Below are positions 12,002 through 27,044 of a DNA stretch of 64,000 nt, piece by piece; position 1 is the first letter of the stretch; each line of letters starts with the position of its first letter. Location: assembly GCA_040954595.2 (NCBI GenBank), contig CM082588.2, positions 1,603,935 through 1,667,934 on the forward strand, given 5' to 3'. The position numbers were made by a program, and so were the translations under genes. A model generated the notes under the pieces. It was not told the DNA's origin. It searched no databases and worked only from the letters and a program-made list of their open reading frames with translations. The DNA is from Balanoglossus misakiensis. Its lineage: Eukaryota; Animalia; Hemichordata.

Positions 12002-13681
12002 TCAACCGCTGTGCCCCCAAAGTGTCTGTAGGCCTATACAACTCATCGAAACTTTATTTGAGTATAGTCCAACATTTATTCTTGATATTTTCTTGAGTGT
12101 GAAAACTATAAAATAATAATGATCATAATTAAGATTGTGATAAACAGAAGTAATATATTTTATCTTGAGATTTGTAGATGAATATATTAATGTTGTGTTC
12201 GTACCTACTGGGTTTCATTGGGGAGAGTACATAGACATTCAATTTCAGACTTTGATATCGATTCTTTAACTTGGTTTCCGACAGGAAAGTACCGCTTTTC
12301 TTGGAAGCCAGCGCATGGCACGTGGCTTTGTTTACGAACCATTATTGAAAAATAAATAGTAAGCGTGGTTGGTCAATGAAATCATGTGATTTTTCAGGAA
12401 TGTCAACAATGTATCCACGCAACGTCCATTTCTGTCAATCAAAGTCTCAATTTCAATACCAAATTTCGCTCCTCGTCTTCATTGACTTTACTACGTCCAC
12501 TCTGCTAAAGAGAATTTAAGCTGGCTAAAATGGCGTGAATGGTCGGATTTTAAGGTCACTGGACTGTTGCGTGTTTTGTTTATGTGGAAATTAGAAACAT
12601 GACCAGCAGATCAAGCGGTCCGTACCTGTTTGACAACATAAAGCAGACAGTGTAGTCATAACGTAACCGCATATTTGTAATGAACATGCTAATGGCCAAA
12701 CGTAACGGGAAGTAATGTCCATTTCAATTTCGATATCGACAACCATCCCTGTCACGAATGTTGGCTTCAATATTTACGGGTGTAAATTTAGCCAATAGTA
12801 AGTCAAACGTGAAGGGAATTGCTAGCGTTGGTGACACTGCTAACTCTGCGATATGGTCACGAAATAATGAACGCAACGAGTGAGAGTGGCTCTATTATTA
12901 TCACACTTCTGAGGTGACACTTGATCAATGTTTCAATTCTCCCAAATAGAGAATTTCCCGACCAGCATTCCGCTGTTTTCACATCGCGTAATAAAGATGG
13001 CCGACTCATGCACACACATCGTAGTACGTAGGATATTGGCTGACTGTAACTTCAACCCTTTGGTACACTACAGATTGGTGACTGCGGATGTAACCATGGA
13101 TACCCAGTAACTTGTGGACTTGGGAGTTTAAGCAATATACCGTGAACTTCAGTGTGTAAGCGATATACCATTTACTGGCAAGATACCACTGACTGTACAC
13201 TGTGTGTAAAGCGTAAAACGGTTATGGCTGCCGCTGGTTGGTGGCTGTACTCAGCCAGGCGAATATATCAGAGAAGGATTCCGGCGATACCGTAATTTGG
13301 TACTTTACCGCCGATTTTTTAATTTTTAGTGTAGATTTCCGGCGTTTTTCGTCACATTGGACACGCAGGCAGCTGTTATAATCGTATTGTTTTCTCGCCG
13401 CGGTCGCCATCTTGAATTCCACGGAGGTCATAGCGATTACTGGGCCGCGGGGACTTCCTGCATTATACCCGTTTCCGAAACATTTATACCGCAATTTGCG
13501 ACGATTTGCCTCAAAGTCGAGATTTTGGATATATACGCTCACTTGCTGTGTATATACGAAACGGCGATCGGTGTTTTTCTGTGGAGGAATATCCGGGTAT
13601 TCACCTATCGAGGAATGACCCGTGTAATAATACTGCCACGGGTACGTTGAGAGAACTTGGACCACTCTCATATACTACGCT

Positions 13682-14716
13682 ATGAGGCGCGACAATTCGG
13701 ACCGGAAAAACCGCCCCAAGACCTTCCCCAACACAACTTATGTGGGGAACAGTCGGCAGATGTTGAAGGAAATCCGCGAAAGTCTGAAACATCTGCAGAT
13801 CCCCGAGCAAACTTCCGATCCATCCAAACCATCTTCGCCCCATCGCGGAGGTAGCAGCTCATCGGACGTCCAGCCGGGAGATGCCAGACAACAAAGGCAA
13901 CCGACTAAGTTCAGTTCTCACCAAAAGGCATTAGCGAAAATAAGGAATAGTTTACAACCTTATGAAACAGGTACTTTCCAAAATGGTCTTGAAACTGCAG
14001 GAGCCGCATCACCACAAGTCAACCGGGCGATGTTGCATCAGTTGCTGCAACAGGGATTTGATGAGGTTTGTACTTATTTTCATCATATTTTGTTAATTTT
14101 TGTCCAAAATGGTATTGAACTGACAGGATCCTGAATATTTCCAGCAAACATAAAACCATAAGAACTTTTATTATTCCCGATATTTAATATGAACTTCTCT
14201 TGAAAGTTACATGCATTAACTATTATTTAGTATTTTTCTGATACTAAAAAATATAACAATACATGAACATGTATTGGATGTATTGTTCTTTGTAGTTTTG
14301 TCCAAAACAAAGAAAGCACTGAAATCCAAATCAGTGTAACTATGGTCCACTTCTGAATCTGTAAAGATTCGTGAAGTGTCCATATGATTTTATAAATGCC
14401 GAAAATGGAGCATACATGTATGTGATGTCTACAGCAGGACTACATGTATACCACATTACCGGTAAAAAACCCATCCCCGGAATTTTTTTGCGTGGGTTGC
14501 ATAGAACAGTCACGACATCAGTGCAGATGGTCTTTTCCTGCTATATTTAGTCATAAGGTAAAAGTGAGTTGGTGGCATAATAAGCCCTAGAACAGGATAT
14601 ACCTTTGTGTGGTAGAGTTTGTTCTCGGGAATTAGCAACTTTACACAAAGGTTAAATAAAACAATGTTTTTTATGATAAAATGGTAGCCTTTCTATACTT
14701 CTGAACAACAACAACT

Positions 14717-14756
<40 letters not shown>

Positions 14757-17700
14757 CTTGAACGTTGACTAACGTTCTTGTAAAGAATTCACTACTATGA
14801 TGGAGATGGTGTCCTCCGCAACCAACATGGCTCGCAACTGACGCATGTGAAGACCATGTGACGCAAATCATTTAATCTTGTGTGTAACATTTCAGAATTG
14901 ACACAGAAGGTTGTTCCCAATGACTCACTCACATTGAATCAAAGCATATCTTGAAACATCAATAGAAGCGTAGCCAACTGTTGATGTGTGGTTTTTATTA
15001 GGACACTGACATGAGTCCTGGTGTCAGGTCAAGTTCAGATGTCGATGAAGAATGCTGGATTGTTGACATAGTTGACACCAGTTGTCTCACACACCATTAC
15101 CCCTGCAATTGATTCACAAAAGACCGTCCCAAGACCAAGTTCTCGTTTTTGCATATTCATGTGTTGTAGTGTACCAGTGTGCCGTATTCACAATGGTCCT
15201 TTACAGTGTGTTTTACAAATTGTCAGTGACCTTGTCCTCGAGTGAAATCTAATCCATACAAATTCCCAACATACAAAGTGTGTTTATATTAGGTCCCCAG
15301 TTGGCAAAGAATGCATGTTCTTTTGGACTCACAAGGGAGTTGTTGATCTGCTGGGTTTGTTGAACAATATTGCGTTGTGTGCTAGTGCTTGTACATTTGA
15401 AATACAGAAGTGATTTACTAAATTCTTCCAGGTCAGCACTCAGTGACCATTTTAAAAGAAAAAAAATGTGTCAAGTACAAGAGTGGTTTCTACCAGCTGA
15501 GAGAGCATCTTCTCCCATGATACATGGGTCTGTTCTAACAGTCGGAGCTAAAATTCTTTATTTCACATGATGATAAAGAATGGCAAGCTCTGTATCTGAA
15601 GCTGGCGGCGCATATTTTTTACCTGGTGCGTGTCATCCCCTTGTGAATACAGGATGCCTGTAGGGCTTTTTGAATCCTGTCCCATCTGTCTGTCTTCCAT
15701 GCTTGACTTCACTGTAACTATCTCCCACTAAAGATTCATTTAAAAAAAGCTCCTAAAGAAAAACAAGACAGGCAGTAATAAATCAAGCAGTCCATCCAGT
15801 TTTGACTCGTTCTTTTTCCCACGCAAGTTGGTTGTAAAGTCGCTGCACAGTCAAATTCAAGCAAGTACATGTATATGCATTTATGCGAAACAAAATAAAC
15901 TATGATAAACTCATTATCATAACAATTAATTCTTGTGTTATGCACATTAGCCGATACTGTGGAGAACACTGGAATAATCATAGATGCACAGATAAAACTT
16001 TGAGAGAATTTCTGAAATGCAACTGGTCATGCAGATAAAACCCTGATGATACACTGGTTCACATTGTCTGACGTAAAGAGCTGCTGCATTGTAACAGGTA
16101 GTCACTTATTGTGAAGTGACCTCATCTGACCTTTAGCCCAAACTCTAAAGCCGAGATTCAAATCTGATTTCTGCTGAATGAGTTAATGAAGAATTATACT
16201 GAATACTGAAAGGGATTAGTTCTCTCTGTGTGCTGTCAATCATTGTTATACTGTCAGTCATATTTATTGTGGTTTGTATCAGATTAAGCTGTGAATATTG
16301 GTTGTGGATTTCCATACCAGATTGTTTCCAGTTTTTGTCTGTTCATATCCAAATGAGCCAATACCAATCTGGTCTTTGCTGGACTGTAAAATCATTGTAT
16401 TCATCATAAATATTCATCCAATTCATCATTGCATACAAGAGCTGGTCTCAGTAACTTAAAAGAAATTTGTAAGAAACTTACAAGGTCAATCTGTGCCTCC
16501 ATGCCTTTCAACATCTGGAGTGCATGATGACATGACCTATAAAATTTGACAAAGTCAGGAACATGTACTTTATCAAGTTCAAGTGCACACTTGGGAAGGC
16601 AGTCTAAATCTCACGGACCAGCAAGGTCATGTCTGTTCCCTTGCACCACAATTGTTTCTTATCAGAGAAGACATCAGACTGATGGCCATATTTAAACCCT
16701 ATTGGAAGAAACCTGAACCAAGAGTCCACATGTTGTAACCTGAGATTTGTAAGAGCTCATTGTGTGGGAAGCAATGTCATGATTGTATTTAAAGTGGACA
16801 TTGTGACCTGGATAATGAGGTTAGCGGTCATTTCCAGTCGGGTGATATTTGTACAGGAGACCGCAATAAAAGCACCTGCCATGTAGGTACCTCTGTAATC
16901 ATGATCCGTAAATCATTGCGGTATGAAAAACGAATGTCCACATGGTTATGACTGACTGTTTCTTATTTGTTGATAAGATGAACAGAAGATGAACACACTT
17001 TCTCAACAGAATACATGTGTACATACGTGTATGTAAGCAAAATTAAATGTCAGAGGTAATATTTTCTTGGTAGTCGTGAGATCAACAGCCGTAAAAATTG
17101 ATGTATTGGCCAAAAATAGACACACGCACAGTGTGCACACATGTTGCTGATATTGTTTTGTAATAAATGAAAATGACTCATCAAAGAATCCAGTGTATAA
17201 AAAACATACAGAGAGCTGATAAGTTATTGTCATACTGAAATTTACAAAACATTGACGTGTTACGTATTTATCAAATCGTTTCTGACCACCCTCGGGCATC
17301 ACACCAACGATATCAGTGTATAATATGTTGGCACACAACCCCGAACCCATTGATGACTCTCAGGAATATCAACATTTCTGTCTAAATGTCAAAGTGGACT
17401 GTCCTGCTGTTGCTGATTTCATATTAATAAATTTCCATTTTGTTTTGAAATAAATTGCAGCCAGCCATATTTCTGAAAGCTTTTGTTACAAATGCCACCC
17501 ACGTATACTACCCTTACATATACATTTTGACTTGCCCTGCAATAAAGATATTACTTTTTTCTAAACAGTCAAAATGTCAAAGACAGTCTGGCCATTTGAG
17601 GAGAGTATGTGGTATGATCATGTTAATTGAAGTAAGGTTCTTCTTTGTATTGCAGGGTATCCGTATATCAGACTAACATCTGGCAATCATCTTTTTTTTT

Positions 17701-20700
17701 CTCTCCAGGAAACAGCAACCAGGGCCCTGAAAGCAACAAACAACAAAAGTGTGGAAGCAGCCCTCGATTTCATCCACAAAACCCACAGCGAACCCAAAAA
17801 TGATTACCTACGATCTGTTGCCAATGGTGTACCAAGACATACAGGTAAGCAGTGTCATTGGGAATTACTACACTCAGGTTTTGACCATTGAAGGAAGGGT
17901 AGCTACAATGTAATCTGTAATACAGTCAGTCAAAAGTATTACCGGTACATGTACCTTTCAATCATTTCTCAGGCCACATCACACACACATGAACATGGTC
18001 TTTCTGTTCGTAAAACAAAGTTTCCGTCAGTGAAATATTAAGCCTGACTTCATCAGGTTCAGATAAGGTCAGATGGTCAACCGGGGGTCAGCATCGAATG
18101 GCTTTGTTGTCTAGCAAGCTCATGTCGGACATACTGTATTTGTCAAGCTCGGAAATCACCAGCTGATTCCCTGTCAATTTCTCCCCTGATGATGTACATT
18201 GCACATCCAGAGACTTGAGCGCACAATCTCTCTAACTGCTCTAAGGTTTTAATGGGGTTGACGCTCTTGCGCCTGGGACATTACCTAATATCTGTGGTAT
18301 GTTGTTTATTTTTACAATGCTTGATATCTGCATGTCTATCCCCCTCAAAAGAAAAAAAAACCTGACCTCAAGACGCACGAGTTCAGTCCAAGCCTGGGGA
18401 CTTGAAAAAAGTTGACGTGCAGGGAACAAAAAAATAGAAAGGTTGGCGAGATGTACATGTACAAGTGTCAAAGTGCTACCTTTATAAGCACTACTGGCCA
18501 TTAGAACCATCAAAACAAGATCAATATATCATTATGTGTACTTAGCCCCTTTACTGAAGACTAGATAAACTTTAATTTTGTCTGAGAGATTAGGGAACAT
18601 AGCAACCCAAGCCCCAGACACAAGAGATTTATGTAGATTTCTGTTTGATGTCGTCTGGACAAAAATCAGGCTACTGCCCTACTTCGGCAAAAATAGCCAG
18701 GCTGCCATAGCAACAGCAACTTTTTTTGTTTGTGATAAGTTCAAACAAATAATGCCATTGTGTTTGATTACTAGTAATTGATTTATTGAATGACAAATGG
18801 CATATATACTGACTGTAGTAACAAATAGTGCATCATGGTTAGTGTGCTTTTGGGAACTCCTGGAATTTTAAACAAGTCCAGGAAAACCCCCGGAAAAGTG
18901 ACATTCCCTCCAGTCCTGGAAAGTCAAAGAAGATTGATTGGGCTACCATATCTGAATACATGTATTTTCTATGTTTTGTTCACAGGGCAACCTGTCATAC
19001 GGAAATCAAGCTTCGAAGAGAGACCTCAAGGAAGTCCATTGATTTTTGGTGGAGATTCATACAGTCACCGATCAGATAGTCCGTCGGTCTGCAGTGACCA
19101 GTCCATACCCCAGACTAGACCTTACCTGTACTTGAATGATCAACCGGGTATGAATCTAGGAGTTACCAGACAATACTCCCCTAACACTGGACAGATAAGT
19201 GGGAGGCAAACTCCCCCACCCCGGGGACAGACCCCTCCACCGTTACAAAGAGGACACACTCCACCCCCGGTAACGAGGGGTCAAACGCCTCCCCCTAATT
19301 CGGACTATAGGACAATGCAGCAATTACAATTGAGTGGGCAACAGTATACATTAGCGCCAGGCCTTGTTCAACCAATTGTCCGAGGATTTTCACCGATACC
19401 ACAGGCCTGGTCACAAGCGTCCAGCACTGCGTCTGCATCTTCGTCGTCGGGGATTTCTACGGCATCGTCAAGTCTTCAGAGCCTGCCTCCAAGAGGTGGG
19501 CTGAATTCCACGATCGGTCGTATACCTGTTATTATGCAGTCTAACTCGCCTAGGACAGTGTATCAGACAGAGAGGGTATTCAAACCTATTGTGCCTGGTG
19601 GCAACGGACAGCCACATCATAACCCCCAAGTGACAGTCACAGCTAACATGCAGCCGAAACAACAGTCCCACACACACTTCATTCAGAATCAGAAAACTGT
19701 GCAAACGACAACACAGACTGTGACCACACAACAGACTGTCAAAAACAATCAGCAGTATGAAAGTTCCATCCTGATACAACCACCACAGTCCCAGCAACAC
19801 GTGCAGACTCAGCTGATCAACCCCCAGAACCAGCCGCCGCAGTATCATCCACACCTCTCGGCTCAACAAGAGCCAAACCCGAACGCCAGGCAGCCTGGTC
19901 AGCCCCCGCCTCCGACCTACATGCAGGCAACGCAGCTTCAGAACTCCCATTCGCAGCCAAGTACTACTAACACACCCAACCACATTTACAGCCAGGTATC
20001 CACCCCTGCAAACCATCAGTTCAGCTTACAGAGGCCAGTTTCCACGTCGTCGTCAGCAGGTTCGCACGCTAGCGGTCCGCCTCCACCGCTACAGGTGCAC
20101 CACCCACAAGGAATGAGCCCCCAGCAGTCAACTGAGCAGTTCAGAAGCACTGCCCACATACTCATCTCTCCGCCGCCCACCGCAACTCAAAACCAACCGG
20201 ACCCAACACAGCCGAACACCACTGCACTCATCAATGCACTCTGCGGGAGAGCGCCCCCGCCGAGTTACGAAGAGAGCCAGCAGTACAAGCAGCAGCTGGC
20301 CAACCAGCAGATGCAGAGGACTGCAGTGCCACAGACAGTGTTCTACGACAACGAGAACCAACTTTACCAGTGCGTGGACCCCAACGGCATGCCAGATCAA
20401 CCGCCAAACAAAGTGACGATTGTAATTCCAAACATGAACAAGCCTAACCATCAAGCGCCTTTGATACAGGTGACTTTACCTGGAAATCAGAAATCCATGA
20501 CAACCACGAAACAGATGACCACAACATCACAGACGGTGACGACGACTTTTACGAAACACGGTATGAACCAGACCCCCGTGCCCGCAAGCGCGACAAGGGC
20601 ACTCTCACCGTCACCGTACTCTCCAACACCAATTATGCATTCAGTGAAAAGCACGCTGGTTCAGAAACCGGTTTTGCAAACCGCCCATGCTCCCGAGCAT

Positions 20701-23393
20701 CCTCCCCTTCAACGAAGATTATCGCCAGACACGTTAAGTACGCAGAGTACGCATAGTACCCAGAGTACTCACAGTTCAACGCCTCGGTCCGAGTCACCAA
20801 TATCGCAAAGCTACTCTCCGCTGTCTCTGACAGAGACAAACTCAACAACCTCTGACACTCCAAGCGAACCACCACCACCGTATGAATCGCATGTACACCA
20901 TAAAATTGAATCTCCCGTACCAGAAAGGAAAAAGAAAAGAGACAACGAGGCTAGGGAGACGCGAATCAAAGGTTTTTCGCCCCAAGCATACAAGTTCTAC
21001 ATGGAGCAACATGTAGAGAATGTTTTGAAATCTCACCACCAGAGGGTGCACCGACGGGTGCAACTAGAGACGGAAATGGCAAAGGTAGGACTCTCCGATG
21101 AAGCGCAGTTACAGATGAGAAAAATGCTTAGTCAGAAGGAATCCAATTACATACGACTCAAACGGGCGAAGATGGAAAGGGGAATGTTTAAAAAAATCGA
21201 GACGTTGGGTGTAGGGGCGTTTGGGGAAGTGACCTTGGCACAGAAAAGTGACACAAAGGCGCTGTATGCCATGAAAACGCTTCGGAAATCGGACGTGCTG
21301 CGGCGGAACCAGGCAGCTCACGTGAAGGCCGAGAGAGATATTTTAGCAGAGGCCGATAATGAGTGGGTAGTCAAGCTGTACTACTCCTTCCAAGATAGGG
21401 ACAATCTGTACTTTATCATGGACTATATCCCCGGCGGAGACTTGATGAGTTTACTGATCAAGAAGGGAGTCTTTATGGAAGATCTGGCCATGTTCTACAT
21501 TGCCGAGTTGGTGTTGGCCATTGAGAGCGTCCACCGAATGGGATTCATTCACAGAGACATCAAGCCAGACAACATCCTGATTGACAAGGATGGTCACATC
21601 AAGCTGACAGATTTTGGCTTGTGCACTGGCTTCAGGTGGACACACGACTCCAAATACTACCAACAAGGTAAGAAAGCATGTAAATGTATCACCAGGGCAC
21701 GTATCATTGTTTACAAAAGGGTCATGTGACCAGCTTTATTGGCAGACCCTGTCAGAAACTGTGGACCATAGTACTGGTATATTTCAAGGTGTCTGACTGT
21801 GAAATCAAGCTACTAAAACACTAGGAATTTTTTACAGTATTTATGCACACACACCCACTGTGAAAATGTCACCATCAGAACCCCCATTCCAAAGGTTGTT
21901 GAGTGTACACATAATGTGGAGGGTTATTACCCCGTGCTTGGGATCTCTGCCAGGATGGGTGGCATCAGATATCAGCCGAGTGGGGGGTCTGAGGTCATGA
22001 AGCTTTGAAGCACCATCAATCAAACTGATACAGTTCTGTCTTGATTATGAAATAATACTGCCTGGACGATGTCAATCCCTCACCCCTGAGATGCATTCAC
22101 GTATTGCATATCGGCAATTTGCATCCTCTTTCTTGTCATCACCAGGAGTACTGTCTGAAAAATTCTTATTTGAAGCTCATATTGATTCAGGTTTCATACG
22201 TTTGGAGTATAAAACTGGCTCGTGGTTGCCTCAGAATACATCATGACTGTATTTCTGTGTTTTTCAGATGGGCATGCCAGACAAGACAGTATGGACCCAT
22301 CAGAGTGGGGAGAGAGTTATCGCTATCCTGATGTCAACATCAACAAGCCTCTAGAAAGGCGAAAACTAAGACAACATAAACGATCCAAAGCCCACTCTCT
22401 TGTGGGTACACCCAATTATATTGCTCCAGAGGTTCTAATGAAAACAGGTAAACTTTATTTCAAACTGAATTTTGATCAATGGCAACATCCAACTACTATT
22501 CAGACAGATAACAGACAGGTGTACAGGATGAGGGAAAGAGAGAGAGCTGATTCTGTTTTTGTTTGATTCCCCAGGCTATACACAGCAATGCGATTGGTGG
22601 AGTGTAGGCGTCATCTTGTATGAAATGCTTGTCGGACAACCACCATTCCTAGCTCCTACCCCAGCCGAAACACAACTCAAGGTAAACCCATTCAACATGT
22701 CTCCAGGTTGTTGCATAAACATGGGGGGAGGGTAGAGGGAGAAAAATTCTTATGTTCTTTCCTGTCTTTGTGGTTAATTCTCCAGTGGACTTACCCACTC
22801 CAAACCAAATGATAAGGTTACAAGGATTGTCCTGTGCCCCTCACTAAGTCTTGCCTAAGTCAGTAACATAATGTTTGCCATATTCTGTGCAGGTGATCAA
22901 CTGGGAAAGGTGCCTGCATATTCCCAAGGCAGCTAATCTGTCTCCGGAAGCTGAGCATCTAATCCTCAGTCTCTGTACCGGACCTGAGCAACGACTTGGA
23001 ATCAATGGTGCTAAGGAAATCAAAACTCATCCATTCTTCCGAACTATTGATTGGGAATCGGGTCTACGGAAGACGACCGCGCCGTATATCCCGAAGATCA
23101 GACATCCCACGGACACTTCAAACTTTGATCCGGTGTCTCCGGACAAGATCCGGAACAGCTCGGATGAGGACGACGACTGCGACAGTCAGTTCACGGACTT
23201 CTACGAGAATGGCAAGCACCCGTATGCGTTCTATGAGTTTACATTCCGACGTTTCTTCGACGACGGTGGTCATCCGCTGCCACTGTGCAACTCATTTGAA
23301 AGCGAGGAGGATGGACCCAGTCAGTCGAACAGCAGTAGTACAGATAGCACGCTAACTGGGAAAACGGAACGTGACAAACCAGTTTATGTGTAA
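13682..23393 (+). CDS. LATS1: Serine/threonine kinase LATS1/2 (Warts) orthologue, ~1329 aa; exons 13682-14065, 17709-17844, 18986-21667, 22268-22447, 22575-22681, 22893-23393
   Basis: N-terminal MRR..RPKTFP and [12 protein letters not shown]; UBA-like [20 protein letters not shown]; PPxY motifs (PPPTY, PPPSY, PPPPY); MOB-binding region [13 protein letters not shown]...[13 protein letters not shown]; kinase motifs [31 protein letters not shown]; hydrophobic motif [11 protein letters not shown]. Spliced length 3990 nt in frame. Single pre-duplication LATS1/2 gene. Confidence 0.97.
14718..14755. repeat. (CAT)n microsatellite in LATS intron 1
   Basis: Directly visible tcatcatcat run of about 12 units. 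Confidence 0.95.
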
Positions 23394-26105
23394 AAAAAAA
23401 AAACTACAAACCAATGAACAAACTGAGACACTCTGTTCAGATTCTAATCTGGCGTTCCATTTTGAAGAACATCAGCCATGTGTAAAACAGTCGGGTACAC
23501 ACAACCACAGACATGCAAACAGACACGCACACACCACACTCACCTTGACCCTTCAGCCCCCTGTAAGAAAAACTATTCATGAGATTGATACCATCACTGC
23601 AGATTACAGTCAGGTCAAACCATGTCTGTGAAAATGGGGGTTATACTAACCTGTGAGTGTGCACCAAGAAGGGCATATAACATTTCACTTTTCACTTTGT
23701 ACCCGACTGGAACACTTTGGGATGTTCAACCATAAGGATTGTCAGTTAGAACTGGGCATTCAACCAATTCTTTACAATAAAATGATGGACAAAATCAAAT
23801 CCAAAAACGACACTAAGGAACATACAACAGTGATTTGGGGTAAAAGTTGTATGATGGACATCTCAAATCCAGAGTTCTTTGCCAGCCCATACAAAATTCT
23901 AACAATTTCAACCAAAACCAGAACATGCTGAAAAATGTGGCAAGTTTGTGTAAAAATTCTTATTAATATGATCTGAAATATAATATGAAATTGACACTGA
24001 CAATCTAAATTGTGATGATGATTAATTTGATTAAATGCTGTGTAAATTCCGTTGTGCAAAGAATTCTGGGAAAATTACAGAAATTGGATGTTGTAGATAA
24101 AAGGGGTTGTGGGTAATATTTCTTGTTGTAAGTGAAAATTCTATGCTTTGTCAAAAGCTGGCCTTTTGGCATACAACCTGGATTGAAAAAATTTTGGCCA
24201 AGATTTGATGTATATTGGGGTAAAAGATTTCCAATATTTCCTCACGTTTCTTGAGGAAAATTCTGGCATATTTTTTTTTGCTGTCTGTGTGTATAAAGGA
24301 GTTTTATAATGATGTTCAAAAATTTGTGGGTCCAACATACAACTGTGTGTTGCTGGGTTTTAGGTTTAAGCCTTGTGGCCCTGTGGGTCTGTGCATAATA
24401 GTGCGTAACCATGGTTTCCCTATGGGTCAATTGGGCTGTACCACAGGGCAGTGGGGGTGAATAGGTGAGGATATGCTGTTGCTGCTCAGCAGAAAGATAA
24501 TCCCCACCCCTATATTATATTGGAATATTCTGTATATAACAAAACTGTAAATACAAAATGCCCCAAGTGAGTATGGCAATGTTCAAGTGCTGGAGAGAAA
24601 AAAGGACACAAAGTGACGAAAATGTTCTCTATGTACCTTTAAAAAGGTTTCTGTTATGTCTGTTGAAAAAAAACCTTGCTGTCTGTTGATGAAAAAACAG
24701 GCTGTGAGCAGAAAAAAATATTTAGAAGAATTTAGCAAACCCTAGAAACCAGGAAAACAATTTATGCAAAAATTCACTAAAGCCTATAGAATATCTAAAA
24801 AGTTATATATTTTCTTGAGCAGTGGGAGGCATTGATGTTGAAGCCAGAAATGGAACTACCGGTACATGCTGAAAATCAAGCCACATAAATCATGTATATG
24901 CAGCCATCTCTCAAGCTGAGACTAGCCTGTATTTGGACAAAATTTAGCATAGAAAAGAATGTGATTCAAAAGTAGAATTTATGTAGTTAAGTTTGGGGCA
25001 AACAGGGTATGCTTTGTGTAAAGTGTGTCTGCCTGTTCTCCATCAAATTTATTTGTACTTTTTTTTTTCATGTACTTCAAAAAATGTTCAGAGATTTTTT
25101 TTTTGTAAAAAGAAAAGAGACTTGTAGACATTTTACACTTCACAAATACTTGCATTAAAGCGTCATTGCAAAGCTGAACCTCCCCACGGTCACCATAAAA
25201 GAGCTGTTGCATCATTCATTTTCTTTACAAATGCAGCATACCAAGAAAGGGCTCTCCAATTTGAAGAACTGTTCCTGCAGACGCGAGAATCACCATCGCC
25301 TTTCTGTTAGTGCCACTAGCAGATTCTGCAAAGACCTATACTGGAACATGTCTGCGACCTTTACTTGACATTGGTTTGCCCTTCATGCAAGTCAGGTTGA
25401 CCCACAATCCGCAAAAGAGATGCCTGGATATAAATATAGCAGTGAATCATGGACCAAGGATGCACTGTTGCTATTCAGTGCAATGTTTATGGGAATATCA
25501 TGCATTCTTAGCAACCCATCTCTGCGTGCTTACTGATCTCACTGTAATGTTATGTGGTGCATGCCACTGAATTTTTCAGTCGGACTGCCACTGCAGTACT
25601 TCTGAATTCTTTGGGTGAAAGAATGATGTTTTAAAACACTATCAAGCTGACAATTTATTTAAAACCACCTTATAGACAGTACACAAATTTCAGTTGAAAA
25701 GAACAGAGAACAACATACTTCCATTGAGACACTATTTAATAACTTGTTGGCTGTCTTCTCCTTTAATGACATAAGAAACAAACAATTTAAGTTGTAAAGC
25801 AAGCAGACAATAATTTATTTAAAACATGTTTAACATCGAAAAGTATGGTACAAAACTTTCCAAACAGTTGATCGATATGTGATAGTGACTAAAAATATCC
25901 GTGCTTAAACATTGGGGCGCTGTTTCACAAACGATACTAGGTTCGCCACCAAGTGTTTTATAATGGTACTTCTTTTGTTTTACACGAACACACAACAAAA
26001 TACATGTACTTTCACTACATTTCACCTGAAAGTCTTTAAGACTTTCATGTATCACACAGAAACTATAAAAGAGTTTAAGGCTTTTTTTTTATCAACAATC
26101 CTTCA

Positions 26106-27044
26106 TCATGATTCAATACGACGGATTTCTTCTGGCGGTCCAATCTTGACAAGTCTAAAGGTACTGAAGTATTCTACAACATTTTTGGTGTCTTCAAAAC
26201 TCAGATGATATTCTTCTGCAAGTTTCTCTGCCGTGTATTGCTGTTGAAAAAACAAGATGCATATTTTTAACCAGTGGGAGTTACTGCCTCAACTTGATCT
26301 AGATTTGTTCATGTCACTGTATGTATATCAGTCAGTCTGTCTCTCCATGTGATTTGTTATGTTACACACACAGCTCTGTTGGATGGTGAGAATAGGGTTT
26401 TCCAGCATACTAGACCAGAGAACAGCAGAATAACTCACATCAGGACTTTTCTTGTGTTTCGATAACAATTCCAATGTCATGGGCACGGAGAGCCTTCCTT
26501 CTGGAACAACATCTGGAGCGTCCAAGGAATCAAGGAAATCAAACTTCTTTGTGCTCTGAGGTAGATGTCTTGTGCTCTGCTTTAATTTCTGTCGGCAACA
26601 GGAAGAATATGTTTAATGAAATGCAGTTTTCTTGAAGTTCCTAGTCTAGGAAAACATCCTTGCACATGTACATCCAGGAGTTCTTTACACAAGTACTCAA
26701 ACTACTTACTTGATCGGAGATCACTGGATCAGTAGACTCCACCCTGACTTGTTTGAGAAATTTGTCAAGCTTTTCATGCTTTGTGCTGATGTCTTGTGCT
26801 ACCTCTGGAGTACCTGAAATCAGTATGAAAAGGATCGTATTATCCAGCAATCCCACAACATGGAATGGACCACCGGATACGAGTGATCGATTTCCAACGT
26901 GAACTTACTTCGAATGAATTCATCGATCTGTTTCGCCTCTGATGGGTATCTTGGAGCAGGCGTAGGTTTCTCTTTCTCTATATATCGATGTGCTCTGCTC
27001 TCAATGTTGATATTTCGTACGGCACGCGCTATTCTCGCACCCAT
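26106..27044 (-). CDS. NDUFAF4: NADH dehydrogenase complex I assembly factor 4, ~174 aa; exons 27044-26909, 26813-26710, 26588-26439, 26240-26106
   Basis: MGARIARAVRNINIESRAHRYIEKEKPTPAPRYPS resembles the NDUFAF4 N-terminus. Later segments LKQVRVESTDP, VPEGRLSV..LELLSKHKKSPD and YTAEKLAEEYHL..VVEYF also fit. 525 nt in frame with canonical splice sites. Confidence 0.9.

Noticed and set aside
13222-13671. 149-aa minus-strand ORF antisense to the LATS leader
   Set aside because: No recognisable homology; best explained by the GC/CpG-rich promoter and 5'UTR composition.
19468-21666. Several antisense or alternate-frame ORFs within the large LATS exon
   Set aside because: Shadow ORFs of a long GC-richer coding exon.
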